Below, piece by piece: positions 28,937-32,000 of a stretch of 32,000 bases of DNA (within the stretch, counting starts at the first letter, position 1; every line of letters begins with the position of its first letter). Source of the DNA: Methanococcoides methylutens (GTDB lineage: Archaea > Halobacteriota > Methanosarcinia > Methanosarcinales > Methanosarcinaceae); the NCBI RefSeq assembly GCF_000765475.1, contig NZ_JRHO01000014.1, forward strand, positions 61,574-93,573, in the 5' to 3' direction. A model generated the notes under the pieces. It saw only the letters and a program-made list of their open reading frames with translations, made no database searches and had not been told where the DNA came from. Both the position numbers and the translations under genes were made by a program.

Positions 28937-30019
28937 TTAATTGGATTTAGAAGCTGGATTCAATAGTTCATCCAACTCAGTTCCCGACAGTTCATAGTGA
29001 TAGAACTCTGAATAGAATTCCTTAACAAAACCCCTGAGGTCAAGATCGCTGAACTCTTCCGGATACAGCACTTTGGCTGTCCATGGTATACCGATTATCC
29101 TGTTCACTCCCGGTGGCCTGTCAAACCAGCAAAAAGGAGCATCCGGGAATAGATATACCTCATGGTCCTTTACCGCAGTGATATCATGCCAGAGAGGGTC
29201 TTCATATATATTTTCATAGAAGTCACGGTCACCTGTGATGATGACTTCAGGATCCCATTGCAATACCTGTTCGATGGATACCTCTGACCTTCCGTATCCT
29301 ATGTCAAGCGGACATTCTGCTACGTTGATGCCACCACATATTTCGATCAATTGACTGTGGGGAGAGCCCTTAGGATCTGTCAGCAGCCCTTCCGGACCTT
29401 CTGCATAATAGACACGCTTCCTTTCATCTTCAGGTATCTGTGAGACCTTTGTAGTGACAGTGTCAAGTGTTCCTTTATAGAAAGAGATTAATTGCCCTGC
29501 CCGTTCTTCTTCCCCCAGAAGTTCACCCATAAATCGTATTGGTTCTTCATAGGCCGTGGCATCGGTTGTCGATTCAATACCTACAACAGGAATTGTACCA
29601 AACTTTTCCTGTCTTGCATTGATAGTAGAAGTAACATCCCCTCCGCTATTGTAGCCTTCAAAGACAACATCAGGACCGATAGATATAATGGTTTCATAAT
29701 TTCCATCCTGTTTACCAAACCACCCGCCAATCACAGGAACAGCCTGGTACTCTGGTTTCAGATATGTTTCCGATTCCTGTGGCAGAAAATTCCAGCCTGC
29801 CAATTTATCGGGAGCCAGCATGTAAATGAGCATTGTTGCAGGAGGAGAGGTAGCAACTACTTTGTTCACATCGGCTGGAATTTCAACTGTCCTTCCTGCC
29901 ATATCGGTTATCGATATTGTGTTCTGCGCATAAGTTTCTTTTTGATCAACACATGCGCTTGAGCATACCGCAAACAAGACCACACATATCAATAAAATGG
30001 ATCTGAATTTTTTATTCAT
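28937..30019 (-). CDS. ABC transporter substrate-binding protein (Fe3+/B12/metallophore type, Peripla_BP_2), probable lipoprotein
   Basis: Signal region MNKKFRSILLICVVLFAVCSSACVDQ (lipobox-like SSAC). ITDMAGRTVEIPADVNKVVATSPPATMLIYMLAPDKLAGW, ISIGPDVVFEGYN, QLIEICGGINVAE, FDRPPGVNRIIGIPWTAKVLYPEEF. Confidence 0.9.
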   Translation of the reverse strand: MNKKFRSILLICVVLFAVCSSACVDQKETYAQNTISITDMAGRTVEIPADVNKVVATSPPATMLIYMLAPDKLAGWNFLPQESETYLKPEYQAVPVIGGWFGKQDGNYETIISIGPDVVFEGYNSGGDVTSTINARQEKFGTIPVVGIESTTDATAYEEPIRFMGELLGEEERAGQLISFYKGTLDTVTTKVSQIPEDERKRVYYAEGPEGLLTDPKGSPHSQLIEICGGINVAECPLDIGYGRSEVSIEQVLQWDPEVIITGDRDFYENIYEDPLWHDITAVKDHEVYLFPDAPFCWFDRPPGVNRIIGIPWTAKVLYPEEFSDLDLRGFVKEFYSEFYHYELSGTELDELLNPASKSN

Positions 30020-30054
30020 GGAATATCCTCTATAATAAGAACTTTACTTCTACC

Positions 30055-30070
30055 ACATATTGCGATATGT
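30055..30070. promoter_or_regulatory. Short inverted repeat ACATAT-tgcg-ATATGT upstream of the ABC/radical-SAM operon, candidate operator
   Basis: Perfect 6-bp arms with a 4-nt spacer, 36-51 nt upstream of the start codon at 30019 in the minus-strand leader. Confidence 0.35.
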
Positions 30071-30239
30071 TTGGATGAACATAACGATAGATAAAGTTTT
30101 CTAAATGAGTCGAGATGCTAACAGGACCAAAAAGATTCTCAAAGAAGAAAAGAAAAGAAAAGAAAACCGAACAACTCGAATTAATCAAGCCAGTCTTTAA
30201 AAAAAGAAAGTGGAAATACAGATCAAAACATTTATGCCT

Positions 30240-31985
30240 TTAAATTTTTTTATCTTCCACTATTGGAGATACCAGACTAAAAGTATCTACATCAAAAAGC
30301 CCCATATCCGTAAGCCTTAAAGAGGGAATCACCGGGAGAGCTATGAAAGAGTGGGTTATGAACGGTGCCGGAAGGCTGCAACCGATACTTTTTACTGCCA
30401 TGTGAAGATCGTTCAATCTTTTTTCAACCTCTTCGACCGGAAGAGTGCTCAACAGCCCGGCAAATGGTAGTTCAAGCTTGCCCACCACCTTACCATCGCT
30501 GACAACACATATACCGCCATTCATCTCACGGATGGTATTGGCACACAATGCCATATCCGAATGGTTGTCCCCGGTTACAACAACGTTATGACTGTCATGA
30601 CCTATACTCTGGCCGATAGCACCATTGCTGATACCTATTCCTTTGATAAAGCCAAGACCGATGTTACCATTCCTGCCATGCCTTTCGATTACGACAACAC
30701 TCAAGATATCGTTACCAAGGTCCGGAAGCAGTACACCATTGGTGTCTGAATGAAGTATAACACTTTCTTTTTCCGTAAGGATCAGGTCGGGCAGGACCTT
30801 TATCACTGAAACTCGGTGATCACTGTCGGGACCTGCTGTCAGTTGCAGATCAGACGGCCTGACCTGTGGGAATCGCACCGTATCAAAAACCACATTCGGA
30901 TAGTCATAGGAAGCAGTAAAACCTTCAACAGCCTTTCCTGCAGCATATACCGAATCTATGCTGAAAGTATCAAGGTCGTTAAGTACGACCAGATCGGCCT
31001 TCCTGCCAATTGAAATAGAGCCAACGACATTGTCAAGATGATAGTGCTTTGCGGTATTGATGCTTGCCATGCAGATCGCATCGATAGGGGAAAGTCCCAT
31101 TGCTATAGCTCTCCTGACGATCACATCCATATAGCCTTTCATCAGGTCGGATGGATGCTTGTCATCGGTCACAAAGAAAACGTTCTCAAGGGAAACTCCA
31201 TCCTCAATAAGTCTTGGAAGGAACCTATCAAGGGATTTAGCTGCAGACCCCTCCCTTATCATAAGCTTCATTCCAAGACGCAGTTTCTCCAGTGCCTCTT
31301 CATATTCAATAGATTCGTGGTCCGTAGATATTCCGGCTGCCATATAACCCCATAATTGTTCTCCGGAAATTGCCGGACAGTGACCATCGACCACGAGCCT
31401 GTCCTTAAGTGCAGCCCTTATTATGGACAACTTGTTCTCATCCCCGAACAATACGCCGGGATAGTCCATCATCTCACCAAGGCCAACAACATTCTCGTTA
31501 TCGATCAGCGAATCAATATCATCTGCACTGATGGATGCACCTGCTGTTTCAAAAGTGGTTGCAGGAACACAGGATGAGATTGCTACAAAAGCATTCAAAA
31601 GCAGTGATGACGCTTCTTCAAGCACAAGTTCGATGCCTTTTTTACCAAGGACATTGGCTATCTCATGGGGATCAATCACAACAGATGTTGTACCGTGTTG
31701 CAGAGCAGGTACCGAAAACTGACTCAGGGTAACCATACTTGATTCAAAATGGACATGTCCGTCGACAAGCCCCGGACAGATGTAGCGACCACTTACATCG
31801 ATGAGATGAGTGGCATCTCCTTTAAGGCAGGAAACATCACCGATGCCTACAATGTAACCGTCCTTAACTGCAATGTCCCAGTCCAGAATCTCTTTCGTAT
31901 TAACGTTAACAATACAACCACCAGTAAAGATCGTGTCTGCTTTAACTTTGCCTGTAGCTGCAAATATCCTGTCCTTTATGTCCAT
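30240..31985 (-). CDS. ade: Adenine deaminase
   Basis: GRYICPGLVDGHVHFESSMVTLSQFSVPALQHGTTSVVIDPHEIANVLG, VVDGHCPAISGEQLWGYMAAGISTDHESI, VTGDNHSDMALCANTI, PFAGLLST. Confidence 0.94.
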   Translation of the reverse strand: MDIKDRIFAATGKVKADTIFTGGCIVNVNTKEILDWDIAVKDGYIVGIGDVSCLKGDATHLIDVSGRYICPGLVDGHVHFESSMVTLSQFSVPALQHGTTSVVIDPHEIANVLGKKGIELVLEEASSLLLNAFVAISSCVPATTFETAGASISADDIDSLIDNENVVGLGEMMDYPGVLFGDENKLSIIRAALKDRLVVDGHCPAISGEQLWGYMAAGISTDHESIEYEEALEKLRLGMKLMIREGSAAKSLDRFLPRLIEDGVSLENVFFVTDDKHPSDLMKGYMDVIVRRAIAMGLSPIDAICMASINTAKHYHLDNVVGSISIGRKADLVVLNDLDTFSIDSVYAAGKAVEGFTASYDYPNVVFDTVRFPQVRPSDLQLTAGPDSDHRVSVIKVLPDLILTEKESVILHSDTNGVLLPDLGNDILSVVVIERHGRNGNIGLGFIKGIGISNGAIGQSIGHDSHNVVVTGDNHSDMALCANTIREMNGGICVVSDGKVVGKLELPFAGLLSTLPVEEVEKRLNDLHMAVKSIGCSLPAPFITHSFIALPVIPSLRLTDMGLFDVDTFSLVSPIVEDKKI

Positions 31986-32000
31986 GACAGGTTTTTTGGC

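Overview
This 32 kb window looks like the chromosome of a methanogenic archaeon, probably Methanosarcinaceae (a Methanolobus/Methanococcoides-like organism; this is an inference). Gene content from left to right: an HdrA-MvhD-type fusion and an 8-motif polyferredoxin; a large KaiC-like/PEP-synthase-N fusion; gatE; a secreted TolB-like beta-propeller; carA-carB-argG; an AT-rich accessory patch with a PD-(D/E)xK-like protein and an apparent 5'-truncated cas1 remnant; a small 2[4Fe-4S] ferredoxin; a CDGSH-Fer4-CDGSH protein; a secreted SdrD_B-like protein with a 348-bp in-frame tandem duplication; an aminotransferase; a small Cys-containing protein; a glucosylglycerate-type locus (gpgS, gpgP, an unknown ORF and a GH15-like hydrolase); a five-gene operon; and adenine deaminase. 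The five-gene operon (24602-30019, minus) is the most interesting locus. It encodes a FecBCD/BtuFCD-type ABC importer, a SAM methyltransferase and an unusual protein. That protein fuses a radical-SAM enzyme to what looks like half of a periplasmic-binding protein, with no signal peptide. All family assignments come from reading the translated sequences; no database searches were run.
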